Origin: Candidatus Binatia bacterium
GTDB lineage: Bacteria; Desulfobacterota; Binatia; Bin18
Direction: 5' to 3'
Assembly: GCA_963666315.2 (NCBI GenBank)
Contig: CAXXHG010000007.1
Span: 32,001 to 96,000, forward strand
Length of the DNA: 64,000 bases
The notes below the pieces were generated by a model. That model searched no databases, was not told the DNA's origin, and worked only from the letters and a program-made list of their open reading frames with translations. A program made the translations under genes and the position numbers. Of this stretch, positions 11,459 to 21,721 are shown piece by piece; the first letter of the stretch is position 1; the number at the start of each line of letters is the position of its first letter.

Positions 11459-12844
11459 TTAGTAGAAGACCATGAACCTGCTCTGGAGGATGTTCGCTGC
11501 TCCGGAATCCTTGAGATCTGCATGGATATAATTAAACGCAACGCGCATATTGGGATTCAAATACCAGTTGATGCCAAAGGTAAGATTCCCTAACTCGCCT
11601 CCCTGAATATTATTATCGCTAAGATCGAGGGTGGAGTACCGACCCGCTAGTTGCCAGGCGCCCCAGCCGCCATTCCAGTCGAGGTTTCTTAACGGGGTAA
11701 TTTTATCAAATGAGCCAACTGTTGGTCTGTATGAACGATGCTCACCGGTGAGGAAGTAGGTGCCAAGAACATAGAAACCGTGAAAGTGGGCATCAGTCTG
11801 CTCGGGACGGTTAACGAAGGCGCTTATCCATTCAAATTGCATCGAGGCGGGCCCGTATTGGAAGCCGAGCTCTGGATTGAAGATATTGACACCTTCCGCA
11901 GCAAATGTGTCGGTGTCAACAAAACGAGGGCTGAGGTGGGCTTCGGGCCGGGCACGGTAGCGTATGCCCCGTCCATCGCGAAATTGATGACTGTACGACA
12001 AACCAAGGTGCAGGAGCTTCCGGCCTTTTTCTTCATACCACGGCACGCCGGAAAAACGAGCCGTGATGTTGTAATTGCTGTCCGGACCGAAGGAGTTGCC
12101 AGAATCGTCAGCGTCGCGAAAGACGCCGACGCCCCATAAGGCGCGTTTGTCGAAAGCTGTGTTGTGGAGCATGAAACCCGTATTCCGTTCGGGGGAAAAC
12201 GTATTTGGCAGACCTCGCTCCATAAACGTAAAATGTGTCCGGCTATTGGCCTGTTCGAGCGAGAACGGCTCTTTGTAATGGCCGACCCGCAGATTGCCAA
12301 AGTAGGGGATCTTGGTGATTTCTATATACACATCTTTAAAATCGGTGTCCGTGCCCTCAAAATCGAGCTGAGATTTATACTTCATATTATTGTAGACTAA
12401 TCCGGAGATCATGATTCGGGCCTGTCGAAATTCGGTCCCGTCGCCAATCGCTCTGCCGCCGTTCACATCGCGATCGGTGTCAAAGAGTGCCCAATCACTC
12501 AAGATCCGGCCCCCAATTTTGAGCTTAAAGTTCCCGTCAAGCGAATCGAGTCGCAAACCACCTTTCCAGTATGGCATCAGATAATTTTTGGGTCGGTCGT
12601 TGACGTTCTCCTCCAGGTGGGAAACGGTATCCCGGAGGTCCGATACTGCTTGCGATTGTTCTTCCTCGGCTCGAGCCTTATTTAGTAAGTCTTTATACTG
12701 CTGGTCACTGATCTGGCCGCTGGCTTGAAGAATGTCGAGAATATCTTCCGCTACACTCTTCCTGGCCTGTGCCGTCGTGATGCTCCACGGTCCAGCCAGT
12801 AATAGCCCTATACACAGGGCCGTCCCTAGTACCTTCATGTACAT
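11459..12844 (-). CDS. Phosphate-selective porin, OprO/OprP family
   Basis: Signal peptide, [30 protein letters not shown], terminal aromatic residue; upstream of pstS behind a Pho box. Confidence 0.9.
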   Translation of the reverse strand: MYMKVLGTALCIGLLLAGPWSITTAQARKSVAEDILDILQASGQISDQQYKDLLNKARAEEEQSQAVSDLRDTVSHLEENVNDRPKNYLMPYWKGGLRLDSLDGNFKLKIGGRILSDWALFDTDRDVNGGRAIGDGTEFRQARIMISGLVYNNMKYKSQLDFEGTDTDFKDVYIEITKIPYFGNLRVGHYKEPFSLEQANSRTHFTFMERGLPNTFSPERNTGFMLHNTAFDKRALWGVGVFRDADDSGNSFGPDSNYNITARFSGVPWYEEKGRKLLHLGLSYSHQFRDGRGIRYRARPEAHLSPRFVDTDTFAAEGVNIFNPELGFQYGPASMQFEWISAFVNRPEQTDAHFHGFYVLGTYFLTGEHRSYRPTVGSFDKITPLRNLDWNGGWGAWQLAGRYSTLDLSDNNIQGGELGNLTFGINWYLNPNMRVAFNYIHADLKDSGAANILQSRFMVFY

Positions 12845-12893
12845 CCTTTCCTTCCTCCTATGGGATTTCTCCGATCGAAGGTAAGTCGAGGAT

Positions 12894-12933
12894 GTTACAA
12901 GAAGATGACAAAGCAATGATATATCGATGACAG
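12894..12933 (-). promoter_or_regulatory. Pho box array (four units, 11-bp period)
   Basis: Minus strand reads CTGTCAT-cgat-ATATCAT-tgct-TTGTCAT-cttc-TTGTAAC, matching the CTGTCAT-N4 PhoB consensus, 50 bp upstream of the porin-pst operon. Confidence 0.88.
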
Positions 12934-12936
12934 ATG

Positions 12937-12967
12937 GCGCCCCTGCCTATGCCGAGGCAGGGGGCGT
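12937..12967. terminator. GC-rich stem-loop between the two porin genes
   Basis: GCGCCCCTGCCT-atgccg-AGGCAGGGGGCGT; no clear U-tract on the minus strand. Confidence 0.5.
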
Positions 12968-12997
12968 AGTTTTCATTCGGATGTGTTCAGTCGCTTT

Positions 12998-14323
12998 TTA
13001 AAACACTAGCTGCAGCTGAATACGCGCTTCGAGTTCATCTCTGGCTCGTCGTTTCTTGCGGGCAGTGCTGATCGTGCCAATATCCGTCTGTAATTTGATA
13101 TTCTGACCGTAGAAGTAGTAGTTCAGCGCACCACGAATTTCATCTCGTAACGTAAAATCAAGGGCGTTGTTGTTTGGATTAACAAAGGAGTACCGAAATG
13201 CGGCTTCCAGGTGGTGGGGAATGAGGAAGTAGCCGGCTTGACCATACCAACCGTGAGCATCAAACGTGCGATTTGGGCTGCCGCTGCCGAAGTCGAAGGC
13301 CCGATCCACCGTAATTTTACCGAAGTAATATTCACTGACAAGACTAAAGCCGCGCCATTTAAAGGCCGCATCCGCCGTGGATGTCCAAATATCGATATTA
13401 TCACCGCTGAACCCTGGACGAATGATAATGTTTTCTAACGCATCGTTGTCGGCGTTGAGGCGGGGGATGTCTTTTTTACCCACTTTGTTGAACTGACTTG
13501 ATAGGCCGAACGACACGCGTGGATGTTGAAGATCGTGGATCTCTGGCTCCCCGGCTGGAAAACGGCCGAGCGGGTCAAATTGGAGGCGTCCCGTATATAA
13601 ATAATCGGTCGAGCGCTGACGCTGGTTCAGGCCATTCCCGTTAAAGATACCAAACCGATAGTGCAGCCGCTTTTCCCACAGGCTACCCATCAGCTCCGCC
13701 CCGGTATCGCGGCCGACATTGAAGAAGTCATTGGCAATGGACCGTTCGGTGAACTGTAAAACGCCTATCGGTGTGATCTCCTGGCGCGACTGACCGGGCC
13801 AAAACTGGCCAAGGCGGAGCCCCAGCCAGGGCTGATATTGATAATGGAATATATAATCGATCAGCCTGACATCACCATTGAGCATCTCGGTTTGGAAAAA
13901 GTACCGCAGCTTTGGGGAGAAGGCTTGCCCTTGCCACCACAGTCGAGCCGCCGCGATCCGAAACCCACTTTCGTCTGACTGGCCAGTCGCACTCCCATCG
14001 CGGTTGGTATACCCCCACCGCGCGAGTACGCGCCCGCCAATAGCCAGTGAGTGGTTGCCATCTGCCGATTCAAACTGAAACCCTCGGCCAGGTTTGTAGC
14101 CGACCTTGGCGCGAGCCGGCGAGGTCGGCGAAGCCTGAGAAGAGTCGGAGGTGTCAGCTTTCCCTTGCAGCTCTTGATATTGCTGTTCAGTAATCTGCCC
14201 ATTGATTCGTAAGACCTTTAACAGCTCTTCGACCGTGGGATTGTCGTGGGCCAGCCCAGATGCGTGCCACGCACTGCACAGAGTCAACACAATCAGAACA
14301 ATGAGTTGTTTTTGCCACTTCAT
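12998..14323 (-). CDS. Second anion-selective porin (OprO/OprP-like)
   Basis: Signal peptide, LQFTERSIAN, GRDTG, GIFNGNG, C-terminal RIQLQLVF; N-terminal helical segment similar to that of the first porin. Confidence 0.8.
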   Translation of the reverse strand: MKWQKQLIVLIVLTLCSAWHASGLAHDNPTVEELLKVLRINGQITEQQYQELQGKADTSDSSQASPTSPARAKVGYKPGRGFQFESADGNHSLAIGGRVLARWGYTNRDGSATGQSDESGFRIAAARLWWQGQAFSPKLRYFFQTEMLNGDVRLIDYIFHYQYQPWLGLRLGQFWPGQSRQEITPIGVLQFTERSIANDFFNVGRDTGAELMGSLWEKRLHYRFGIFNGNGLNQRQRSTDYLYTGRLQFDPLGRFPAGEPEIHDLQHPRVSFGLSSQFNKVGKKDIPRLNADNDALENIIIRPGFSGDNIDIWTSTADAAFKWRGFSLVSEYYFGKITVDRAFDFGSGSPNRTFDAHGWYGQAGYFLIPHHLEAAFRYSFVNPNNNALDFTLRDEIRGALNYYFYGQNIKLQTDIGTISTARKKRRARDELEARIQLQLVF

Positions 14324-14514
14324 TCTTCACCCTTCTCCTCATTAGAAACTCGCTCATTATGCCTTAAAGTCATCGCCCGACAAACTCTTTTGAAAATAGA
14401 CAGGGCATACATTGACTTTTAGCTGGACAAGTGGCGAATCCGTTTGACACTGCTGCTAAAATGTCATAGTAGTTCGCAAGCCATCCAGATCCAATTATCG
14501 TTTTATAGGTGTTA

Positions 14515-14865
14515 ATGACACTCAAAGCACGATCAACAACATGGCTGACTTTCTCACGATTCGTATGTGTGTCGATCTGCCTTTGTGTCTTCGCCGTCCT
14601 ATCAGCTCCTCAGCTTGCAGTGCTGACATACGCAGCGCCGGCTGAGGCGGAACCTCCCAGACACGAGGGCTCAGAGAGCTCTAAGGAAGAATCGGTGGTT
14701 CACGTTGCGGCGCGTCGCAACGTGAACCACCGATTCGGCAGTCATCTCAGTCGGTCTTATGATACCTGCGACCTGCTCCGCCAAGTCGCGTCGTACGCCG
14801 GTCATTTCCCAGCGATCGTTGGCCATCAGCTTCCCAAGGGCTTCCACGCGCCTTTGCTGATTTAA
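14515..14865 (+). CDS. Hypothetical exported protein / possible leader peptide upstream of sulP
   Basis: N-terminal hydrophobic segment, acidic linker, C-terminal GHQLPKGFHAPLLI; AGGT before ATG 14515. Confidence 0.55.
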   Translation: MTLKARSTTWLTFSRFVCVSICLCVFAVLSAPQLAVLTYAAPAEAEPPRHEGSESSKEESVVHVAARRNVNHRFGSHLSRSYDTCDLLRQVASYAGHFPAIVGHQLPKGFHAPLLI

Positions 14866-15025
14866 GCGTCGCGCACTCTCTGGGCGTCGTGTCTCTAGGG
14901 ATTCTTTGCAGAATTCTAATCAGAATATTGCGGCCGAACTAGCCAAGAAACTTGTGGCTGGACTGACTGTTACTTTCGTGGCGATCAGTCAGTTCGTGGT
15001 ACAGGATGGATGAGGGTCCACATCA

Positions 15026-16654
15026 ATGACTCAAGAAGCAAACCAGGTGCCGAGAGGGACACTCGAAGGACTTCGTGACGTTTGGAAGTTCGACATCCTT
15101 TCGGGTTTTCTTGTCTTTCTGATTGCGCTGCCCCTTTGTCTTGGAATCGCCCTGGCGTGCGGATACCCGGCTATTGCTGGTATCTTCACTGCGATTATAG
15201 GTGGAATGCTGGCGACCTTTTTCAGTAATTCAGAACTCACTATCAAGGGGCCGGCAGCGGGCCTTATTGTTATAGCGATTGGCTGTGTCACTGAATTTGG
15301 TTTTACCGGGGGGACGGATCCGGTTGCCGACATGCAAGCCTATCGACTCGCCCTTGGAGTCGGTGTAGCCGCCGGTATTCTTCAAATTCTCATTGGCGTG
15401 TTTCGAGCTGGGATCCTTGGCGAGTTCTTCCCTACTTCGGCAATTCACGGGTTGCTTGCCTCAATTGGCGTGATCATCATGGCTAAGCAATTCCCGGTTA
15501 CCTTGGGCTTGGGACCGGAAGGCGCGCCGTTGGAACTGCTTGCAAGGATCCCACAATTCATCATGGATATGAACCCCATTGTAGCGCTCATTGGGATCAT
15601 CAGCCTGGTCATTATGTTCGGCTGGGAACATATTAGGATTCCGCGTCTTCAGGTGATTCCTGCCCCTGTGGTGGTCCTTCTTATTGCCGTCCCGATCGGA
15701 TTATATTTCGATCTTGGTCAAGAGCACACCTATTCGTTCGGCGGCCGCGAGTATCCTCTTGGAGGAAAATTTCTCGTCAATGTCCCCGACAATATAGTCA
15801 GCGCCATCGCATTTCCAGACTTTTCTGGCGTGGCCACTACCACAGGGCTGAAGTACATATTGATGTTTGCGTTGATTGGGAGTTTGGAATCTCTGCTGAG
15901 TGCGAAAGCAATCGACGAGATTGATCCATGGCGCAGAAAAACCAACCAGGACCGTGATCTGTTTGCCGTCGGGGTGGGGAATACCGTCTCCGCTCTCGTT
16001 GGTGGGTTGCCAATGATCTCGGAAATCGTGCGGAGCAAAGCCAATATCGATAACGGGGCGAGGACGCGATTCGCCAACGTGTTCCATGGGCTCTTTTTGC
16101 TCATCTTTGTCGCGCTCTTGCCGGGATTGATCAATCAAATTCCACTTGCTGCATTGGGCGCGATGTTGGTCCGCGTTGGTTTTCGTTTAGCGGCACCGCA
16201 AGAATTTCTCCATATGTACAAAGTCGGGCGCGAACAGTTGGTCATCTTTGTCTCAACGATTATCGGTGTCTTGGCAACGGATTTGCTCAGCGGGATTGCC
16301 ATTGGCATAGGCGTCAAGGCAGCCTTCCACATTTTTAATGGCGCGCCCTGGATTTCTCTTTTTCGACTAAGAGTCAACGTCGAGCGGGGAGAGAATGACG
16401 GGGTAACGGTTGCCGTGAAAGACTCTGCAATATTCAGCACGTGGATCGGATTAAAGAAAAGATTGGAGCACTTGAAGGGGGAGCCCAAGGTGGTTCTCGA
16501 CTTATCGGAGACCTCCTTTGTTGACCACACCGTGATGGAACGGCTGAAGGAGATGCAAAATGAATTCAAGGAGAATGACTCTATATTGATCATAACCGGA
16601 TTAGACCAACACCGAAAGCTCTCGGATTATCCCACTGCCGCCCGGAAAATGTAA
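15026..16654 (+). CDS. sulP: SulP/SLC26 anion permease (probably bicarbonate) with STAS domain
   Basis: GFLVFLIALPLCLGIALA, IKGPAAGL, SLESLLSAKAID, GGLPMISEIVRSKAN, C-terminal STAS (VLDLSETSFVDHT). Confidence 0.92.
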   Translation: MTQEANQVPRGTLEGLRDVWKFDILSGFLVFLIALPLCLGIALACGYPAIAGIFTAIIGGMLATFFSNSELTIKGPAAGLIVIAIGCVTEFGFTGGTDPVADMQAYRLALGVGVAAGILQILIGVFRAGILGEFFPTSAIHGLLASIGVIIMAKQFPVTLGLGPEGAPLELLARIPQFIMDMNPIVALIGIISLVIMFGWEHIRIPRLQVIPAPVVVLLIAVPIGLYFDLGQEHTYSFGGREYPLGGKFLVNVPDNIVSAIAFPDFSGVATTTGLKYILMFALIGSLESLLSAKAIDEIDPWRRKTNQDRDLFAVGVGNTVSALVGGLPMISEIVRSKANIDNGARTRFANVFHGLFLLIFVALLPGLINQIPLAALGAMLVRVGFRLAAPQEFLHMYKVGREQLVIFVSTIIGVLATDLLSGIAIGIGVKAAFHIFNGAPWISLFRLRVNVERGENDGVTVAVKDSAIFSTWIGLKKRLEHLKGEPKVVLDLSETSFVDHTVMERLKEMQNEFKENDSILIITGLDQHRKLSDYPTAARKM

Positions 16655-16662
16655 GGAAGGTC

Positions 16663-19659
16663 TTGACACAAGTAATAGAGTCGGAACGGATTTCATTTGA
16701 ACCGACTTCAAAGCGGTTTCGATCGCTTTCCTCGGGAGAGCGAGGGCGAGTGCGCGATGCGGTCGCTGAGGCGTGTAAGCCGATTGCCCAGTCATGGCCG
16801 ATGAAGACGTTTGCTTATCGCAATCCTCTTCGCGGCTGGGAACACTTGCCGTTTGACGAGGCCATTCGCGAAGCCAAATATCTGCTGGGAGGAAACGGTT
16901 ACATCCCGAACGACGACTACCGTCAACTGTATCGGGAAGGACGTGTTACGGAGGATGCCGTCAAGCAGGCTCTGCAGGTGGTCGCCTCAAGCGTCGGTGT
17001 GCAGACTGTCACCGTAGGCCATCGTCAAGTCGTGACATCGGAAGTGTTGCGCCTGCATCTTGTGTTCGGATTCGATTCGCTGGACCCGACCCTGTTAACC
17101 TGGCAGTTTGGCGGCGGATGCGCAACAGAGCAGTTTCGAGATGATCTGCCGCCGGAGTCTAGGAAGCCACAAAACGGCGACGCGTCTTATTTGTCGAAAC
17201 TGTGGAAGAGCACGTTATCCGCGCTCGGCCTTTCTGTTGGGACCGACGATCCGCGGGCACAGGTCAGCGAGGAAGGAACGAGTCCCAGCGTTGATTTGCC
17301 TTCCGGAAGAACGCTCAGTGATTGGCTGGGATTACTGGCCGGAGCTTCTTTGGTCGATGAGATCAACGATCAGATGATAAAGTGGACCGGAGCCTTTCTT
17401 GATGAAGGAATGGCCGATTGGGAGATGCCCGGCCGGAAGGCTGGGTTTTATCGCGCGTGGCGAACGCTCGCGGCAAGGGACTTTTCTGGACGTTTCCTTG
17501 GCATCAAACAGTTCGCGACGAAGGTCCGCGATTTGCCGGACTCACCGGAAGATGCAATCGCTCGCAGCCTCCAGGGGCTTGGGATTCCCGAACAGGGATG
17601 GGCGGATTACCTGTCACGCCAGTTAGCCCAGTTGCCGGGTTGGGCCGGATTCATTCGCTGGCTGGGCGAAAACCCTGGTTATGCTGCTCAAAAACAGCAT
17701 CCGATCGACCCGCTTCAATATCTGGCAGTTCGCCTCTTCTATGAAGTCGAACTCGTCGATACGTGCTGCCGCCAAGAGTGGGGTATTGACGGGACGCTGC
17801 CGGCCCTCGTCTCCTCTTGGGAGGGGCGCAGGGATGAGTACCAGAAGCTCGGAGGGCGTGATTCGCGTGCGACCGGCCGCTATGTTCAATCCGTGTGTGA
17901 CGATGCGTGGCGCCTCTTTCATCTGGCGCAGTTTCTGCAACTGTCTCCCGACGATGTGGACACGCTTTCCCCCGCCGATGCGCGGACTCTGCTGTCTTGG
18001 TTGGACGCACTTCCCAGCGATGAGCACGGTCGGGTGTGGTTAGATGCGCTGGAGTCGAGCTATCGCAAGCAACTGATCGAGCGGCTCGCCAACCATAATG
18101 CCGAGCCAGGCACCAATGAAGACCGGACCGAAAACCGTCCGCGGGCCCAGCTTGTCTTGTGTATCGACGTGCGCTCGGAGTCGTTCCGCCGTCACATTGA
18201 GGCCCAAGGGCTCTATGTGACATTCGGCTATGCGGGCTTCTTCGGCATTCCCATCAGCTTTCAAGCGTTCGACAGCTCGGCACGGGCCGCTTTGTGTCCG
18301 GTCATCGTGCCGCCGGGGTTCAACGTCGATGAGGTTCCGCGTGGCGGCGAAGAAGGGCCACTCAACCATTACGCGGTGGGATCGAGGTGGAACCAACTCG
18401 GCGAGCACCTGTTTCATGCCTTAAAGAGCAATCCAGTCTCGTCGTTGATGTTGATAGACGTGCTGGGCCTGTTTTTTAGCGCGCGGCTGTTCGGAAAAAC
18501 GTTTTTGCGCATGCCGTACGAAGCGATCAAGGCGCGTGTACATGACTGGTTTATTGGTTCGGTGGCGACCCAGATCCCCGTCGATCGCACGGAAGATGGA
18601 CAAGACGGACACGCTGAACCGCCCGCCGGACCGCCGCACGGTTTCACACCAGAGGAACAGGCGACGTTTGTTGAAAAAGGACTGCGGGCGATTGGACTGA
18701 CACGGAACTTCGGCCGGTTCATCGTGCTGTGCGGCCACGGTAGCACGTCAGACAATAATCCCTTTTTCGCCGCGTATAACTGCGGCGCGTGTGGCGGCGG
18801 TCATGGCGATCCGAATGCGCGGGTGTTCGCGGCGATGGGGAATCGGGGGCACGTCCGGCGCGCTCTTAAAGAGCATGGACTGGATATTCCGGACGACACA
18901 CGGTTCCTTGCCGCCAAACATAACACAGCGACCGACCGAGTCTCGTTTTATGACGTACAAGATGTGCCGACGAGCCACGCCGACGACCTCCGTCGGCTCA
19001 CCGAGGACTTGGAAGAGGCCGGCCGCCATCAGGCGCTCGAACGATGCCATCGCATACCGCAAGCGCCCACGGACATTTCGCCGCAAGCCGCCACGGACCA
19101 CATGCTGTCGCGTACGGTCGACTGGACGAATGTTCGGCCCGAATGGGGCTTGTCCAGCAACGCTGCTTTCATTCTAGGACGCCGTTCGCTCACCAAAGAC
19201 CTTGATTTGGGTGGGCGGGTCTTTCTGCACTCCTACGATCCGGACGCTGATACTGAGGGGGCTATCCTCGAAGCGCTCATGAATGCACCAGTGGTCGTTG
19301 CGCAGTGGATTAGCATGGAATACTACTTCTCGGCCGTTGATCCGGTCGTCTACGGAAGCGGCAGCAAAGTGACGCACAATGTGGTCGTTGGTGTCGGTGT
19401 GATGCACGGCAGCCACGGTGACTTACAATCGGGCTTGCCGTTGCAGAGCGTCAACAACGGCCCGCGGCACTATCACGAACCGGTCCGTCTGTTGGTCATC
19501 GTCGATGCACCCAGGAGCCGTATTGCCGCTGTCATCGCCAAGCACACTCAGTTACAACACTTGTTCCAAAACCAATGGATCGGCCTGGTGGCGATGGATC
19601 CGGTGACTCGAGATTTTCACCGATTTCGCCCAGACGCGACGTGGGAGGTGTGCCAGTGA
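16663..19659 (+). CDS. dabA: DUF2309 / DabA (MpsB-like) beta-carbonic-anhydrase-fold subunit of an inorganic carbon pump
   Basis: WPMKTFAYRNPL, LPGWAGFIRW, Zn ligands CIDVRSE, GHGS and NCGACGG, RPEWGL, FLHSYD, YGSGSKVTHNV, HEPVRL. Confidence 0.93.
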   Translation: MTQVIESERISFEPTSKRFRSLSSGERGRVRDAVAEACKPIAQSWPMKTFAYRNPLRGWEHLPFDEAIREAKYLLGGNGYIPNDDYRQLYREGRVTEDAVKQALQVVASSVGVQTVTVGHRQVVTSEVLRLHLVFGFDSLDPTLLTWQFGGGCATEQFRDDLPPESRKPQNGDASYLSKLWKSTLSALGLSVGTDDPRAQVSEEGTSPSVDLPSGRTLSDWLGLLAGASLVDEINDQMIKWTGAFLDEGMADWEMPGRKAGFYRAWRTLAARDFSGRFLGIKQFATKVRDLPDSPEDAIARSLQGLGIPEQGWADYLSRQLAQLPGWAGFIRWLGENPGYAAQKQHPIDPLQYLAVRLFYEVELVDTCCRQEWGIDGTLPALVSSWEGRRDEYQKLGGRDSRATGRYVQSVCDDAWRLFHLAQFLQLSPDDVDTLSPADARTLLSWLDALPSDEHGRVWLDALESSYRKQLIERLANHNAEPGTNEDRTENRPRAQLVLCIDVRSESFRRHIEAQGLYVTFGYAGFFGIPISFQAFDSSARAALCPVIVPPGFNVDEVPRGGEEGPLNHYAVGSRWNQLGEHLFHALKSNPVSSLMLIDVLGLFFSARLFGKTFLRMPYEAIKARVHDWFIGSVATQIPVDRTEDGQDGHAEPPAGPPHGFTPEEQATFVEKGLRAIGLTRNFGRFIVLCGHGSTSDNNPFFAAYNCGACGGGHGDPNARVFAAMGNRGHVRRALKEHGLDIPDDTRFLAAKHNTATDRVSFYDVQDVPTSHADDLRRLTEDLEEAGRHQALERCHRIPQAPTDISPQAATDHMLSRTVDWTNVRPEWGLSSNAAFILGRRSLTKDLDLGGRVFLHSYDPDADTEGAILEALMNAPVVVAQWISMEYYFSAVDPVVYGSGSKVTHNVVVGVGVMHGSHGDLQSGLPLQSVNNGPRHYHEPVRLLVIVDAPRSRIAAVIAKHTQLQHLFQNQWIGLVAMDPVTRDFHRFRPDATWEVCQ

Positions 19660-20144
19660 AATCGAGCCGCAACTCTACGCTGACGATCAAGACCTGTACC
19701 TTTTTCCTCATCTGGCTGCTCTTGTCTGAGAGCTTTGCCGGACTGCATGTAGTATTGGGGGTCGTCGTGGCCTTCGGTGTCGCCTGGTTGAACACCGACC
19801 GCTCCTCAACTTGCTCGTCTATCCGCGGCTGGCGCATGTTGTGGTACTTCCCCTGGTTGGTGGGCCGCATTCTGCAGAGTGGTTGCCATCTTTCTATGCT
19901 CATTCTGAATCCGGCTCTCCCCATCGACCCGAAGATGATTCGTCACCGGACCGAGTTGCAAGACGACGATCACATTGTGCTGCTCGGCAATTCCATCACG
20001 TTGACACCTGGCACGATCACCGTCGAGGTCGATTCTCAGGATTTGGTCATCCACGCCATGGACGACAGTTCCGCCGCCGACGTTACGAGCCGGCGAATCG
20101 AGCAGCGGATTGACAGCGTATTTATCGCGAGAGGTACAAAATGA
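19656..20144 (+). CDS. mrpE: Mrp/Mnh antiporter subunit E
   Basis: LGNSITLTPGTITV, IHAM; GTGA overlap with the dabA stop. Confidence 0.9.
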   Translation: MKSSRNSTLTIKTCTFFLIWLLLSESFAGLHVVLGVVVAFGVAWLNTDRSSTCSSIRGWRMLWYFPWLVGRILQSGCHLSMLILNPALPIDPKMIRHRTELQDDDHIVLLGNSITLTPGTITVEVDSQDLVIHAMDDSSAADVTSRRIEQRIDSVFIARGTK

Positions 20145-20410
20145 ACGCTTTTTTCCTGTTCGTGCTGATGACCATCACCCTTCTGATTGCCATCTACTTA
20201 TACCGCGTTCTTCGTGGACCGACGGTGTTTGACCGGGTGTTGGGTCTGAACGGAATCTCGACCAAGGCGATCATCCTGCTGGTCGTGATCGGCACCTTCT
20301 ACGAACGCGTCGACATGTTTGTGGATATTTCAACCGGCTATGCTTTGTTGAACTTGGTTGGCTCGCTAGCCATCGTCAAGTATCTGGAAGAACGGAAGGA
20401 GATCTTTTAA
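20141..20410 (+). CDS. mrpF: Mrp/Mnh antiporter subunit F
   Basis: RVLRGPTVFDRV, YALLNLVG; three TM segments. Confidence 0.9.
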   Translation: MNAFFLFVLMTITLLIAIYLYRVLRGPTVFDRVLGLNGISTKAIILLVVIGTFYERVDMFVDISTGYALLNLVGSLAIVKYLEERKEIF

Positions 20411-20748
20411 TGTCTCTGAATAAACTATCTGAAGCAGCACAATGGGTCATCACGCCGGTGTCGATCGGCTTGATTCTGGTTGGCTTGTTCTTTCTGTTCG
20501 TGGCGGCAATCGGAGTACTGCGCTTTCCGGACGTCTATACGCGGTCGCACGCCGTCTCGCTGACCGATTCATTGGGTGCGTTTTTTCTGCTGGGCGGATT
20601 GGCACTGTATGAAGGTTTGAGTACCAACCTGGTCAAGATCCTGGTCGTACTCGTCCTGTTGTACTTGCTGAATCCGGTTATCACCCACGCCACGGTTCGA
20701 TCGGCGTATCGTTGCGGCCTTCAACCTTGGAGCAAAGACGACGCATGA
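20410..20748 (+). CDS. mrpG: Mrp/Mnh antiporter subunit G
   Basis: GVLRFPDVYTRSHA, LNPVITHA. Confidence 0.92.
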   Translation: MSLNKLSEAAQWVITPVSIGLILVGLFFLFVAAIGVLRFPDVYTRSHAVSLTDSLGAFFLLGGLALYEGLSTNLVKILVVLVLLYLLNPVITHATVRSAYRCGLQPWSKDDA

Positions 20749-21275
20749 TCTATTCGATCGAGATCCCGCTCTTGATTCTGCTGCTTATGACCGCTGCAGG
20801 TGCGATCATTGTAAAGGACTTGATCAGCTCGGTTTTTATTTTGGGGACATATAGCTTTCTGCTCGCCCTTGTGTGGGCGTGGCTGGGGGCGGTGGATGTG
20901 GCTTTTGTTGAAGCCGTGGTGGGAGCTGGTTTGGCGACGGTGTTCTTTTTATTGACGCTTTTCGGAACGGCGCCGAAAGACATACGCATTCGGCGATCCG
21001 CACCGCCGCTAACTGCCTTTGTCGGGCTGCCTGTGCTCGGACTGTTGTTGTTATACGCGGCGGAAGATCTTCCTAAATTCGCGGACCCGCATTCGCCGGC
21101 CAGCCTCCATGTGTCCCCTGCGTACCTTACAAACAGCCTGAAAGAGATGGACACACCAAACGTCGTGACGGCGGTGCTGATGGATTATCGGGCGTTCGAC
21201 ACGCTGATTGAAACCGCAGTGATCTTTATCGCCGGCCTCGCCTGCGCTTTGCTGTTGCGGAGGAATCAAGAATGA
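20745..21275 (+). CDS. MrpB-related subunit (DUF4040 plus MnhB N-terminal part, MbhD/E-like)
   Basis: AVDVAFVEAVVGAG, TPNVVTAVLMDYRAFDTLIE. Confidence 0.85.
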   Translation: MIYSIEIPLLILLLMTAAGAIIVKDLISSVFILGTYSFLLALVWAWLGAVDVAFVEAVVGAGLATVFFLLTLFGTAPKDIRIRRSAPPLTAFVGLPVLGLLLLYAAEDLPKFADPHSPASLHVSPAYLTNSLKEMDTPNVVTAVLMDYRAFDTLIETAVIFIAGLACALLLRRNQE

Positions 21276-21721
21276 TCCACGCACACGACAGCATCATAGT
21301 CCGGACGACGAGCCGGATACTGATTCCGTTGATCCAGTTGTTTGGGCTGTACGTCCTGTTCTTTGGCCAATTGGGACCGGGTGGCGGGTTCGCCGGCGGA
21401 GTCATACTGGGCACGAGCCTCATTTTGGGGATCCTCGTATTTGGTCCGGATGCTCCCGTGTGTCGCTTGGCGAGCAAGGTCATTCATGGTGAGGGGGTTG
21501 GACTGATGATCTTTGTCGGCGTCGGAGGATTGTGCTTGATCGGAGGTGGCGAATTTTTGAACTACGGGAACCTGGACATCCCTTGGATCGATTCCGCCGC
21601 GCGGCGACGTTCCCTGGGTATTGTGTTGACCCAAATTGGGGTCGCCGTAGATATCGCCGTCACGGCAATCTCGATTGTTATAAGTTTGTCGCTCATTAAC
21701 AGCGAGGAATCTCATGATTGA
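21272..21721 (+). CDS. mrpB: Mrp/Mnh antiporter subunit B
   Basis: GQLGPGGGFAGGVI motif. Confidence 0.87.
   Translation: MIHAHDSIIVRTTSRILIPLIQLFGLYVLFFGQLGPGGGFAGGVILGTSLILGILVFGPDAPVCRLASKVIHGEGVGLMIFVGVGGLCLIGGGEFLNYGNLDIPWIDSAARRRSLGIVLTQIGVAVDIAVTAISIVISLSLINSEESHD

Noticed and set aside
14412-14472. Sigma70 promoter (TTGACA at 14444, TGCTAAAAT at 14454)
   Set aside because: The elements are not at canonical spacing to one another, so no specific promoter could be called
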